A stretch of 64,000 bases of DNA from Patescibacteria group bacterium. GTDB taxonomy: Bacteria; Patescibacteriota; WWE3; UBA101185; UBA10185. Below, one piece after another: positions 1 to 9,420 of this stretch (the first letter of the stretch is position 1; every line of letters starts with the position of its first letter). The translations under genes were made by a program, and so were the position numbers. The notes below the pieces were generated by a model, which had not been told where the DNA came from, did no database searches, and saw only the letters and a list, made by a program, of their open reading frames with translations. The stretch spans positions 11,919 through 75,918 of the forward strand of contig BPJL01000004.1 of NCBI GenBank assembly GCA_026004595.1, read 5' to 3'.

Positions 1-666
1 AGGATTTTTTTCTCTCTCCTCTTCGTACATAGCGTAAAACTCACCCACAAAATGGTCCGGTTTTTTATCTGGCTCCTTGCCATTACCATATTTCAAGTAC
101 ATGAGCATACTCTTGCAAATGTGGATACCTATATCGCCCACGTAGTTTGTCCTAATAACCTTGTATCCGCAATGACTTAAAATTTTTGAAAGGGAAGATC
201 CTATGAAATTGTTTCGAGCATGTCCGACGTGTTGCGGCTTGTTAGTATTGGGCTGGGAATATTCAACTACAATAGTTTTTCCCTTGCCGAAATCGTTTGA
301 CCCATAGACATCTTCACAACCATTAATTATTAGGGTGTTTTGAAAAAGAAATAGTTCGGATAACGTAAAATTTATGAAACCAGGGGCGGCAGGTTCAATT
401 TTTACAAATATCGGATATATCTTGCCCTCAAATTCTACTTTTAGATTTTCAGAAAAGAGCTCATGTGAAAGCTCTGTAGCTATGTGAAAAGGTATTTTAT
501 CAAGAATTTTGGCAATCTTGAAAGCAACATTGGTAGAGTAGTCGCCGTGATCTTCATTCTCGGGGGCATCTACGCACACATCAATCTTATCTAACCCATA
601 GAGTTTATACACCGCTTCCGAAATCATTGATTCAATCCTGCTTTTTATGTCCATAGACAAGAGCAT
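1..666 (-). CDS. argS: Arginine--tRNA ligase (ArgS), N-terminal part; the gene continues beyond the window start
   Basis: Reverse-strand translation from an ATG at 666 gives MLLSMDIKSRIESMISEAVYKLYGLDKIDVCVDAPENEDHGDYSTNVAFKIAKIL...YSQPNTNKPQHVGHARNNFIGSSLSKIL. This matches the ArgRS N-terminal add-on domain and the class I HIGH-type motif (HVGH). The ORF track omits it because it has no stop inside the window. Confidence 0.8.
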   Translation of the reverse strand, partial: MLLSMDIKSRIESMISEAVYKLYGLDKIDVCVDAPENEDHGDYSTNVAFKIAKILDKIPFHIATELSHELFSENLKVEFEGKIYPIFVKIEPAAPGFINFTLSELFLFQNTLIINGCEDVYGSNDFGKGKTIVVEYSQPNTNKPQHVGHARNNFIGSSLSKILSHCGYKVIRTNYVGDIGIHICKSMLMYLKYGNGKEPDKKPDHFVGEFYAMYEEEREKNP

Positions 667-674
667 AATATCAT

Positions 675-1505
675 TCATCTAGACCTTACCACAACATTGC
701 CCGCAAGGTCGGTTCTAATGACACTGCAACCCAGCTCCTCCAGTGTCTCCACAACTGACAGGGAGGGGTGGCCAAACTTGTTGTCAGCACCGACAGATAT
801 TACACAAACACGAGGCTTTAGCCGCGACACCAAAGTCTTATTTAGGCCGTTTTTGGCTCCGTGATGGGCTATTTTGAGCACATCCAATCTGCCGTCAATT
901 TCCTTTTCTAGCTCGTCCAGATCAATCCTTCCCTGCGCCTCCATTTCAAGATCTCCCAAAAACAGCCCCTCAAAATCGCTGTATTTTATAAAAACAGCAA
1001 CAGATGCATTATTTATATTTTTTGGCATTTCATCCAAATTACCGAACGGTACAAGCATTTTAATTTTCACTCTGTTAACAATAAATTCTTCACCGTCAAA
1101 AGTTTTTTTAACTGAATTTTTGACAAAATATTTTCTGTTTTCGGGCAGGGCACCCTCAGACAAAATAACGTCGTTATATCTAAATATGACAAAGTTACAC
1201 CTTTCCCAAATCCGCCTCAAACCTACAAAATGATCATCATGTGCATGACTCAAGACTACGATCGGCAATGAACATCCCAGGCCCATTCTGTCCAATATGT
1301 AAGGATCCGCTGTGTAATCTGCTCCCCCATCAATAAGAGCAACGGGCTTTCCATTCATCTCAATGTAAATACCATCTCCTTGTCCCACATCTATAATATG
1401 AAAACGTAAACCGGGATTTCTAAGAGAAGCGGCGCCAATAATTACCTGAAAAATAAGAAGATATGAAACTGCAAAAAACAAGGGAAAACCAAGAAACCCC
1501 CTCAT
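675..1505 (-). CDS. comEC: ComEC/Rec2 C-terminal metallo-beta-lactamase-fold domain protein (second half of a split ComEC)
   Basis: MBL motifs HIIDVGQGD, LSHAHDDH and KIAHHGA are present, with an N-terminal hydrophobic segment. The likely start ATG at 1505-1503 overlaps the TGA stop of the upstream ComEC membrane ORF as ATGA (minus-strand reading of 1505-1502). Confidence 0.7.
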   Translation of the reverse strand: MRGFLGFPLFFAVSYLLIFQVIIGAASLRNPGLRFHIIDVGQGDGIYIEMNGKPVALIDGGADYTADPYILDRMGLGCSLPIVVLSHAHDDHFVGLRRIWERCNFVIFRYNDVILSEGALPENRKYFVKNSVKKTFDGEEFIVNRVKIKMLVPFGNLDEMPKNINNASVAVFIKYSDFEGLFLGDLEMEAQGRIDLDELEKEIDGRLDVLKIAHHGAKNGLNKTLVSRLKPRVCVISVGADNKFGHPSLSVVETLEELGCSVIRTDLAGNVVVRSR

Positions 1506-2581
1506 CCCAATCTCTCCCTTTTTCTCACAATCCAAACTACTAAAATTAACAACATCAGATAGTATCCTGTCATACCCCACCAAGGCATTTTCCAAGCCAC
1601 ACTAGCAATTTCAAACCTTGAAAAATAGTTCACAACCCTTACGAAAAAATCGCAGAACGGAAAGCACAAAAGCCATATAAGACCCCCGGGCAGGATAAGG
1701 GCCGGAATTCCTAAAATAGTTGTTATGGGAACCATCCAAAGAACCAAGGCATTCACCAACAAGCTAATCAAACTTACCTGCCCAAAGACACCGCTTATCA
1801 AAGGCCACACCGTAATCTGCGCAGCAAGACTGGACGAAAAGTCGCTAAAGATTGCTGTCTTTTTTTTAAATAACTTCTCAAAAAACTTCTCTATCGGATC
1901 AGCAAAAACAACCAAACCAAGCGTAGCCAAAAAACTTAAATAGGTGCTCATACTGAAAAAATTTCCAGGGTTAATAAGCAGAACAACAAAATATGAAACA
2001 ACCAGCAGCCTAAGAGTATTCAAAAGACGGCCCGAATACTTCCCCACCAACATAAAAGAAGACATCACCCACGCCCTTAAAACAGGGGGCTCAAAGCCTG
2101 TAAAGGCGGCGTAAACAAGGGTGGACAAAATTGTAAGGAGCAGATTCCCAATTTTGTACGGACTTCCAAAAATTTTTAGGGCATATCCTGCAACCAAACT
2201 CATGTTAAACCCCGAAACAACAACAACATGAATCGTACCAGTCCTTTTTAGGGCATTTTTGAAGCGTGGCGACATTGAAAGATCATCAACGCCAATTGTC
2301 ATCCCCAGAATAAGCTCGCTGTGGGGACTGGGCAGAAAAGATCGGGCTTTTGCCGAAAGCCGTTCTTTTATCGGATCAAAAAATTTGAAGGGGTCCCTTT
2401 CTTGTTTCGCGTTACAGGAGAACACTCCCCCTTGAGGTGCGCAATAATTCAAAACCCTAACCATGGCGGCAATAATAATAAGGGAAAGACCGAGGTTATA
2501 TTTCAGAATACTCACTGCCAAATTATTTCCCGAACATTCCTGAACGGAAATATGTTTTGGATTCTGAACATTCCCGCTCAA
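1502..2581 (-). CDS. comEC: ComEC/Rec2 competence-channel membrane domain (first half of a split ComEC)
   Basis: Polytopic membrane protein carrying the Competence-domain signature GTIHVVVVSGFNMSLVAGYALKIF. It lies directly downstream of comEA. Confidence 0.7.
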   Translation of the reverse strand: MSGNVQNPKHISVQECSGNNLAVSILKYNLGLSLIIIAAMVRVLNYCAPQGGVFSCNAKQERDPFKFFDPIKERLSAKARSFLPSPHSELILGMTIGVDDLSMSPRFKNALKRTGTIHVVVVSGFNMSLVAGYALKIFGSPYKIGNLLLTILSTLVYAAFTGFEPPVLRAWVMSSFMLVGKYSGRLLNTLRLLVVSYFVVLLINPGNFFSMSTYLSFLATLGLVVFADPIEKFFEKLFKKKTAIFSDFSSSLAAQITVWPLISGVFGQVSLISLLVNALVLWMVPITTILGIPALILPGGLIWLLCFPFCDFFVRVVNYFSRFEIASVAWKMPWWGMTGYYLMLLILVVWIVRKRERLG

Positions 2582-2607
2582 AAATTAATTCCCTTACAAT
2601 CCCGCAT

Positions 2608-3243
2608 TTAGAACGCAATTAAATCTTTTATTTTCTCGTAAACAGAGTTAGAGAGACCCGATTTTTGCTTAAACTCCTCTACTCCGGTATAGGGGCGGTT
2701 CGCGATTATCTTTCCGGCATAAACTTCGCCTATTCCGGGAAGGGCGTCAAGCTCTTCAAAAGTGGCTTCGTTGATATTCACTTTGCCGCTGTCATTGGAA
2801 GGAGTCGGTAAAGACGACAAGGAGGATGAACTTTGCGACGTGCCTGAGTCGCCCGGAATTGAAAAAATACTCACGAAAGCTCCCTTTGACAACTCGCTAT
2901 ATCCTAAAAATTCAGATGGTATAAAAACTTTCTGCTCATCCTTAAGAACTTGAGAAAGGTTTAGATTTTTGCTGACCCATTTGTAATCATAATCAGAAGT
3001 AAAGTCCCCTGCCATCTTTATAAGATCCATGATTCGCGAGTTTTTCTTCAAGCTATACACTCCGGGATTAGCAACTGCCCCGGCTATTTCTACACTTATT
3101 TCTTCATCCTCTTCGCATACTTTTTCTGCGCCCTGTCCTATACCTTCTTCAGCGTTAAAAATAGATAGGCATTGAGAAACAAGATACCCCGCAATGAAGG
3201 ACAAAAATATAAATAATACAAATTTAGAACCTTTTGGGAACAC
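2608..3243 (-). CDS. comEA: Competence protein ComEA (SLBB domain plus helix-hairpin-helix DNA-binding domain)
   Basis: The C-terminus VNINEATFEELDALPGIGEVYAGKIIANRPYTGVEEF is the ComEA HhH motif; an SLBB-like segment (VANPGVYSLKKNSRIMDLIKMAG) and an N-terminal signal/TM segment precede it. Confidence 0.8.
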   Translation of the reverse strand: MFPKGSKFVLFIFLSFIAGYLVSQCLSIFNAEEGIGQGAEKVCEEDEEISVEIAGAVANPGVYSLKKNSRIMDLIKMAGDFTSDYDYKWVSKNLNLSQVLKDEQKVFIPSEFLGYSELSKGAFVSIFSIPGDSGTSQSSSSLSSLPTPSNDSGKVNINEATFEELDALPGIGEVYAGKIIANRPYTGVEEFKQKSGLSNSVYEKIKDLIAF

Positions 3244-3320
3244 GACAAATGTTAACTCCGGGTTGAAGAAACATAAATATCAGATAGTCTATTTTCACTA
3301 GAAGTGCATCACTGTATATT

Positions 3321-3400
3321 AACCGCAAAATTACCGCATGAAAATGGCTCCAATAGTGGTATAAGATGTTCATTTATATTAATTACCGCATAATAAACGC
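3321..3400. promoter_or_regulatory. Cluster of direct repeats WWACCGCAWRA between arsR and comEA; candidate operator
   Basis: Copies at 3321-3331 (taaccgcaaaa), 3332-3342 (ttaccgcatga) and 3383-3393 (ttaccgcataa), plus a degenerate copy aaacgcatgga at ~3393-3403. All sit in the 233-nt gap downstream of the ArsR-family gene and upstream of the comEA start. Confidence 0.3.
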
Positions 3401-3476
3401 ATGGATATGAAGTCAGAAAAAGAATAAAAACAACACAAACAAAAAGGATTAATTAGGGGAAGCTTGGGGTGAAAAA

Positions 3477-3794
3477 TTATTCTTCCAAGGATCTCAATAG
3501 TATGTCTCTAAAAACCTTGCTTCTATTTAAATCCCTTAATAATGCAACAAAACGAGTCTCATTTATTCTGTAGTAAACTTCCCTTCCCTTCTTATCATTC
3601 TTTAAAAAACCTAAAGATGCCAAGACTCTAAGATGGTGAGACGCCAAATTTTCCTCTACATTTAACTTATCAGCAACCTCCGACACATTTTTTTCACCGG
3701 AGCTTAAATACTGAATAATTTTGAGACGATTCTTGTCGGCTAAAGCTTTTGATACTTTTTCCAGCATCATAATACCCGGAATATACATCATCAT
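3477..3794 (-). CDS. ArsR/SmtB-family winged-HTH transcriptional regulator
   Basis: LADKNRLKIIQYLSSGEKNVSEVADKLNVEENLASHHLRVLASLGFLKNDKKGREVYYRI matches the ArsR HTH signature. Confidence 0.75.
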   Translation of the reverse strand: MMMYIPGIMMLEKVSKALADKNRLKIIQYLSSGEKNVSEVADKLNVEENLASHHLRVLASLGFLKNDKKGREVYYRINETRFVALLRDLNRSKVFRDILLRSLEE

Positions 3795-3804
3795 TTAAAA
3801 TATT

Positions 3805-5323
3805 TCAAGGTTTGTCATTCTTTACCCTATATTGTATGGCTTCTGCAACGTGCCGCGCTGAAATTATAACTTCCCCACTCATGTCGGCAATCGTACGGGA
3901 CACCGCCTTTATCCTATGAACCGACCTCGTAGAAAGATTAAATTTTGCGGTTGCCATTTCTAGCAGAGCCGCCGCTTCTTTATTCAGCTCACACACACCA
4001 TCTATTTTGTCAAAAGGTATTCGAGAGTTATACATGGAACCTGTGAAAATAAACCTTTTCCTTTGAGCTTCGACCGCATTTTTTATTTGACTTCTTATAT
4101 CCATAGAGGTGCTAAGTCTTTCAGCCTGACCTCTGACAGCATCTTTGGGTGACCCATAAACATAAGTAAGAAGATCAAACCTCTCAAGCAACGATGGACT
4201 TATTCTTGAATTGTAGGTGTTGAGATCTCCCCGTGTGCACTTGCATTGTTTCTCATGCGATCCTGCCAAACCACACATACAATTATTCGCTGCGCCTATT
4301 AGTAAAAAATCGGCGGGATACCGAACAGGAAAGCCTTTGTAATTGAACCCCACCTCTCTTCTATCAATGATGGTCTTGAGTGAGTTTAAAACCTTGCCGG
4401 GATAAAGATGCATTTCGTCAAGAAACAATATTCCTCCGTGTGCCAAAGTGACTTCTCCAGGATGTTCAGCATTCCCCACTATTTCCGATTCTTTTGCGGA
4501 TATGTGGGGTCTTCTGTAAGGAGTTTTCGCAACATCTTCTATCGTGGTTCCGCATAGAGCCGCAGCTTTCATCCTTTCAATAATTACTTCCCTCCCCGTC
4601 GCAGTCATAAGGCCGGGGCATTTACCGGCCAATAGAGACTTTCCTGTTCCCGATGGGCCCAGCAATAAAATGTTATGCATCCCCGCCATGCTTATTACTA
4701 AAGCCCTTTTCGCGCACTCATTTCCAATAACATCTTCTAGGTTTTCCATTTCCTGCACAGGTGCACCGTCCAAAACACATGACACAAGATGACATTTAGA
4801 TCCTTTAACTTCTCTGTTGCTGAAAAATATATCTCTCGCCTCACATAGAGAGGAGATTTCAAAAAAATTCAAGTCCGCTATCCTCTCCGGTGAAAAAATA
4901 CGAACCCTTGGGCAGAAAAATTCTAGCCCCTCTTCCCACCGACCACATATCATCTAGAAAAATAGTTTTTGCAGAGGGGGTCAAAAAACCCGAGGAGTCC
5001 AAACCTCCATAGAAAAATTCCGATGATCCAGAAACACGCCCCATTTGAACAAATAAAATACCCATAGCTATTGTAAACTCTATATCTACAATATCATTTA
5101 GGATGCGGGGAGGAGTGATATTTAGCATAATTTTCTTGTTCGGAAATGGAATTTCAGAATTTCCGAATGCGGTTCTAATCTTTTTGATACTTTTCAGCCA
5201 GCCACTTCCCCTCACACCCACCACGTCCACTCTAGGAATGCCCCTTTCTGAAATAGTCACCTCAATCTCCAAATCTATAACCTCAGTTCCCCTAAACGCA
5301 AAGGATTTTAGCTTACAGTACAT
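3805..5323 (-). CDS. comM: ComM/YifB-family Mg-chelatase-like AAA+ ATPase, disrupted by a frameshift (ORFs 4859-5323 and 3805-4953)
   Basis: The upstream ORF carries the YifB N-terminal Lon-like domain (VVGVRGSGWLKSIKKIRTAFGNSEIPFPNKKIMLNITP). The downstream ORF carries Walker A LLLGPSGTGKSLLAG, Walker B ILFLDEMH and the ChlI-family C-terminus. The frames switch at an A7/T7 homopolymer at 4859-4867. Confidence 0.7.
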
Positions 5324-6206
5324 AATAAATCCCTTCCTTTTCGCCTATCTCACCCCTTATAAGCATGTTAGAAAGCACCAGGTTAATATCAAATAATTGA
5401 ACACCGAGAATGGCCAACAAGTTATCATAATTTTTCTCTCCCTGTGCAAGAATACTTAAAATTGCGCGTTCTGTGGATTTAAAATTAGCTTCACCCCCAG
5501 AACTGCCATTATTTAATACTTTTCCTGCTGACTCCAGACCTATCTCCTTTAAAAAATACTCCGGGGACACGTAAATCCTAGCCCCCCTTGCAATCAAAAC
5601 ATTTGTACCTTTTGATCTCTCCATATAGATATCTCCGGGAACGCAAAATACCTTTCTTCCGTATTTGAATCCGTACCCTGCTGTAATCATTGAACCGCTT
5701 TTCAGCGACGCTTCCACTACAAGTAAAAACTTTGACAATGCCGCGATAATTCTATTCCGTTTCGGATAGGTCCATCTTCGGGGCTGGAAGCCGTTTTCAA
5801 ACTCCGATATAACAGCCCCTCCTCCGTCTATTATTCTCTTATACAGGTTCCTGTTCTCAGACGGGTGAACAACATCGCACCCGCACGGCATTACGGCAAT
5901 AGTTTTGCAACCCGAATCCAAAGCCATTCTATGAGCGAGGGAATCAACACCAGCAGTAAACCCTGAAATAACCACAACATCCGTTTCTTTAAGAAAATAA
6001 AAAAGTTCGCGCAAAACCCTAATTCCATAGGAAGAAACCCTTCTACTTCCTACAACACCAAGCCCACACCTCTCCAAGTTCCTTGGAAGCTCCCCCATCA
6101 AATACAGTTTATGCGGAAATCCTTTACACTCCTTTATATATTCGGGAAACTCTGAGGATCCAAAATCTAAAACCTTGCTCATCGCGTTTAATATGTAACA
6201 GAGCAA
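5313..6206 (-). CDS. dprA: DNA-processing protein DprA/Smf
   Basis: GVVGSRRVSSYGIRVLRELFYFL...VVISGFTAGVDSLAHRMALDSGCKTIAVMPCGCDVVHPSENRNLYKRII is the DprA Rossmann-like domain. Confidence 0.8.
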   Translation of the reverse strand: MLCYILNAMSKVLDFGSSEFPEYIKECKGFPHKLYLMGELPRNLERCGLGVVGSRRVSSYGIRVLRELFYFLKETDVVVISGFTAGVDSLAHRMALDSGCKTIAVMPCGCDVVHPSENRNLYKRIIDGGGAVISEFENGFQPRRWTYPKRNRIIAALSKFLLVVEASLKSGSMITAGYGFKYGRKVFCVPGDIYMERSKGTNVLIARGARIYVSPEYFLKEIGLESAGKVLNNGSSGGEANFKSTERAILSILAQGEKNYDNLLAILGVQLFDINLVLSNMLIRGEIGEKEGIYYVL

Positions 6207-6267
6207 AAAAATAACAAGTTGTTAATTTCTAAGAAAAGTAGAAAATACTATCTGATATAATGCGGAT

Positions 6268-6942
6268 ATGGAAAAAATGCTGAGCATAGAGGAACTCATA
6301 AAAAAAGCCCAGACTATGGGAGTAGATTTTGGAAGGGGAGATCCCTACAACAGATTAAGATACTACACCAAAATAGGTTGGCTTCCTCACATGACAAGAC
6401 AAAGGGATAAAGATGGTAATATCCGTGGCCACTACCCCGAGTCGGTGCTCAGTCAACTTATCACAATAGAAAAATTAAAAGAGGCGGGGGCAAGCAATGA
6501 CGAAATAGCGAAACAAATTGAGATCAAAAGTAAGTACACCAACCTAATAAACCTTATAAAATCCAAGGAGGTTAGAAATCAAATAATTTCGTACTCCACC
6601 CTATTGCTATTACTTGTAATTTTCGCCAACGAGCTAGGGCTCGTTAACTTAGGACAGCATAAATCGAGCATAATTGAAGCATTTTCATCAGCCAGCGAAA
6701 CGCCGCAAACATTAGAAATTATGGCTTCCGGAGAAGGTATAGTGCCTAAAGGACGCTCGTCTGTATTTATCAAAGAAGAAAAAGTTGCGCCCGGTGCAAA
6801 AATATATGTCACTTTTACCCAAAACTTCTCCCCCGCCACAGCCTATTGGGTAACCAACGTGAGACCGGGTGAGGGTTTTGAACTAAAGCTTGACGCACCG
6901 GTATACTACAATGCAACTTTTAACTGGTGGACATCAAGATAG
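6268..6942 (+). CDS. Membrane-anchored protein with an N-terminal MerR-like HTH
   Basis: N-terminal RLRYYTKIGWLP resembles the MerR HTH. A central TM helix (ISYSTLLLLLVIFANELGLV) follows; the C-terminal domain is unrecognised. Confidence 0.4.
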   Translation: MEKMLSIEELIKKAQTMGVDFGRGDPYNRLRYYTKIGWLPHMTRQRDKDGNIRGHYPESVLSQLITIEKLKEAGASNDEIAKQIEIKSKYTNLINLIKSKEVRNQIISYSTLLLLLVIFANELGLVNLGQHKSSIIEAFSSASETPQTLEIMASGEGIVPKGRSSVFIKEEKVAPGAKIYVTFTQNFSPATAYWVTNVRPGEGFELKLDAPVYYNATFNWWTSR

Positions 6943-7024
6943 CGTAAAAACAATAAAAACCGCTTGCGTTCCCTTTACGAGAATACCCCTTGACAACACT
7001 AATGTTTGTGTGCAGACTTTATTC

Positions 7025-9241
7025 ATGAACAAAAACAATAATTTGACCCTCATACTTGATGTAATATCAAAAGCTATACTGGTTTACATATTGCCGTTCC
7101 TTGTACCAATTTTCTTCTTGCCGCTCACAACAGAATTCTTTGAGATGAATAAGCTAACCCTTATAATTCTCTGTACAATACTCTTAACCATAATTTGGGC
7201 AGTAAAACTCATGATCGGCCAAAAGTTGGAGGTGGTAAAATCTATCATTGATTTCCCTTTAGTGATATTCACAGCAGTTTATGCCTTAGCTACGGTCTTT
7301 TCCATAAACAAAACGGTAAGCATATTTGGAAGTCAAGGAAGATGGCTCGGACTATTCTCCACTTTAGTATTTATTGTCTACTATTATGTAGCTACACCTT
7401 TGTACAGAAATCCGAAATCCATTAAAAGGGCTCTTTATGCTTTCATAGCCGGCACCGGGATTTCAACTTTGGTTTCCTTGTTGGCTTACTTCAATATCTT
7501 CATTTCCTCGGCTCCCTACGCTAAAATGCAAAACTTCTCTTTATATGGATCAAACGTTCAGACAGCAATGTTTGCGGCTCTGACTATTGTTATGTCACTA
7601 GTGCTTATCGCATATGAGAAAAATCCGATAATAAAAATCGGACTTGTGGGAATGACTATACTTAATATCTTCTTCGTTGCGCTAACGAGCGCTTTGGTTG
7701 CGTGGGCTGTATTGATAGTAGGAATTTTGGGGATGGTGTTTTACGTTGATCTTTCGAAAATATTCAAAGATGGGGTCTACTACCTTGCAGTTTTAGGTAC
7801 AACTGCAGCAATTGCAATAGTGTTTTTGGTGCCCACAACCAGAAATGTTTTGATAAATCCAAACTATCCAAAAGAACTAAGTCTACCAGCAAGAGAAAGC
7901 TGGGTCGTGGCTTCTTCCACAATCCAAAACTTCCCTCTTCTCGCGACAGGGCCAGCAACGTTTCAGACTAATTTCACACGCTTCAGACCAATAACTCTAA
8001 ACTCCACAGATTTTTGGAACATAAGATTTGATATTCCCTTCAATGAGGTATTTAACATAATCTCGACGGTCGGAATACTCGGTCTTATCGCCTCTATATT
8101 CTTAGCATCAAGAATTATGAAACTGGCCAATCAGATAAAGTTTACTGATAATCAGGAAGGGCTTACGGAAGTTCTCAGTCTTTCCCTTATGGCTATGCTG
8201 GCTTCTTTTGTGTTTATACACGCTAATGTTGCCTCGGTATTTGTGCTTTTCACACTACTCTCTCTTCTTATAGCTGCACACACAAGCATAGACGAACACA
8301 GTAAAGTTGCTCAGGTATCAACAATAGGACCAACAGACATTCAAGCAGTTGCCTCTCTTGGCGAAAGCTCAGCCATTAATAAAGAGTACTCAAAATTCAT
8401 ATTTGGGGGTGCAATAATACTGGCTGTTGTCTACGGTGGATATCTCTGGAGTCGCAACTATATGGGTGAATACTACATGAGACGGGCTATTCTTGCTCTG
8501 GTTAATAATGATGGTAGAGAAACGTACGAAAACCAAAGAAAAGCAATCAGAGCCAACCCGTCCAGAGACACCTATTACAATTCATTCGCCCAAACAGATC
8601 TTGCTCTGGCTAACAGTTTGGCAGGAAAAGAGAACCTTACAGACGTTGACAAACAAACAATACAGAGCTTGATTTCCGAAGCCATAGCCACAACAAGAAT
8701 AACAACCGAGGTAATAAATCCTCTGAGCGCAGCCAACTGGGAGATGAGAGCGTTGATTTATCGAAGTATTATAAATGTGGCAGACAACGCTTCTGAATGG
8801 GCTGTAGGGGCTTATAACACCGCTATACAGCTTGACCCAACAAACCCGAGATTGAGATTGGAACTTGGCGGAATGTACTACGCAATGAAAGATTATGTAT
8901 CAGCTGCAAATCAATTCAGACAAGCTTTTGCTTTGAAAGGTGACTATGCCAATGCCTACTACAACTTTGGACAAGCAATGATGCAGCTTAACGACTTTCA
9001 GAGCGCAAAACAAGCCTTTGAAGTAACTAAAACTTTGATTCCGGCAGATTCGGAAGACATGAAAATACTTGAAAAGGACCTCGCGGCTGTAAATGAAAAA
9101 ATCAAGGCGGCTGGAACTCCAACTGAGGCAAAACCGACCGTAGAACAAATATCAGCTACGCAAAAGCAAGAACCAGTGGAACAAGAGCCCTTGACTAAAG
9201 TAGGAGAAGAAGAACCAATCAAGGCTCTCCCCAGACCATAG
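7025..9241 (+). CDS. O-antigen-ligase-like (Wzy_C) polytopic membrane protein with a C-terminal TPR-repeat domain
   Basis: ~12 TM helices, then TPR-like repeats (AYNTAIQLDPTNPRLRLELGGMYYAMKDYVSAANQFRQAFALKGDYANAYYNFGQAMMQLNDFQSAKQAFE). The start is taken at MNKNNN (7025), after the stop of the preceding ORF; the ORF-track start at 6890 overlaps the upstream gene. Confidence 0.55.
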   Translation: MNKNNNLTLILDVISKAILVYILPFLVPIFFLPLTTEFFEMNKLTLIILCTILLTIIWAVKLMIGQKLEVVKSIIDFPLVIFTAVYALATVFSINKTVSIFGSQGRWLGLFSTLVFIVYYYVATPLYRNPKSIKRALYAFIAGTGISTLVSLLAYFNIFISSAPYAKMQNFSLYGSNVQTAMFAALTIVMSLVLIAYEKNPIIKIGLVGMTILNIFFVALTSALVAWAVLIVGILGMVFYVDLSKIFKDGVYYLAVLGTTAAIAIVFLVPTTRNVLINPNYPKELSLPARESWVVASSTIQNFPLLATGPATFQTNFTRFRPITLNSTDFWNIRFDIPFNEVFNIISTVGILGLIASIFLASRIMKLANQIKFTDNQEGLTEVLSLSLMAMLASFVFIHANVASVFVLFTLLSLLIAAHTSIDEHSKVAQVSTIGPTDIQAVASLGESSAINKEYSKFIFGGAIILAVVYGGYLWSRNYMGEYYMRRAILALVNNDGRETYENQRKAIRANPSRDTYYNSFAQTDLALANSLAGKENLTDVDKQTIQSLISEAIATTRITTEVINPLSAANWEMRALIYRSIINVADNASEWAVGAYNTAIQLDPTNPRLRLELGGMYYAMKDYVSAANQFRQAFALKGDYANAYYNFGQAMMQLNDFQSAKQAFEVTKTLIPADSEDMKILEKDLAAVNEKIKAAGTPTEAKPTVEQISATQKQEPVEQEPLTKVGEEEPIKALPRP

Positions 9242-9263
9242 GTTTTAACAGCTTAAAAGAAAA

Positions 9264-9295
9264 GAAACCCCGCATAGCGGGGTTTCTTTTTATGT
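9264..9295. terminator. Rho-independent terminator hairpin (gaaaccccgc-atag-gcggggtttc followed by tttttatgttttt)
   Basis: Perfect 10-bp GC-rich stem with a T-run, immediately after the stop of the 7025-9241 gene. Flanking A/T tracts allow bidirectional function. Confidence 0.7.
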
Positions 9296-9303
9296 TTTTC
9301 AAT

Positions 9304-9379
9304 TGGTGGACCGTAGGAGATTCGAACTCCTGACCTCTTCCATGCCATGGAAGCGCTCTACCAACTAAGCTAACGGCCC
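9304..9379 (-). tRNA. tRNA-Ala (anticodon GGC)
   Basis: Reverse complement gggccgttagcttagttggtagagcgcttccatggcatggaagaggtcaggagttcgaatctcctacggtccacca shows a 7-bp acceptor stem with G3:U70, anticodon loop at-GGC-at, T-arm GGTTCGAATCC, and an encoded CCA. Confidence 0.85.
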
Positions 9380-9420
9380 AAAATCTTGACTAGGCCAACG
9401 CAAGTGCAAAAAGTATTATA

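Noticed and set aside
874-1233. Plus-strand ORF (119 aa) inside the ComEC MBL gene, plus many similar antisense ORFs in the track (e.g. 1725-1943, 2321-2611, 4544-4792, 9539-10641 frames, 30816-31487, 23213-23689)
   Set aside because: They lie entirely within well-supported genes on the opposite strand and are Ser/Pro/Leu-rich with low complexity. They have no motifs and are treated as shadow ORFs.
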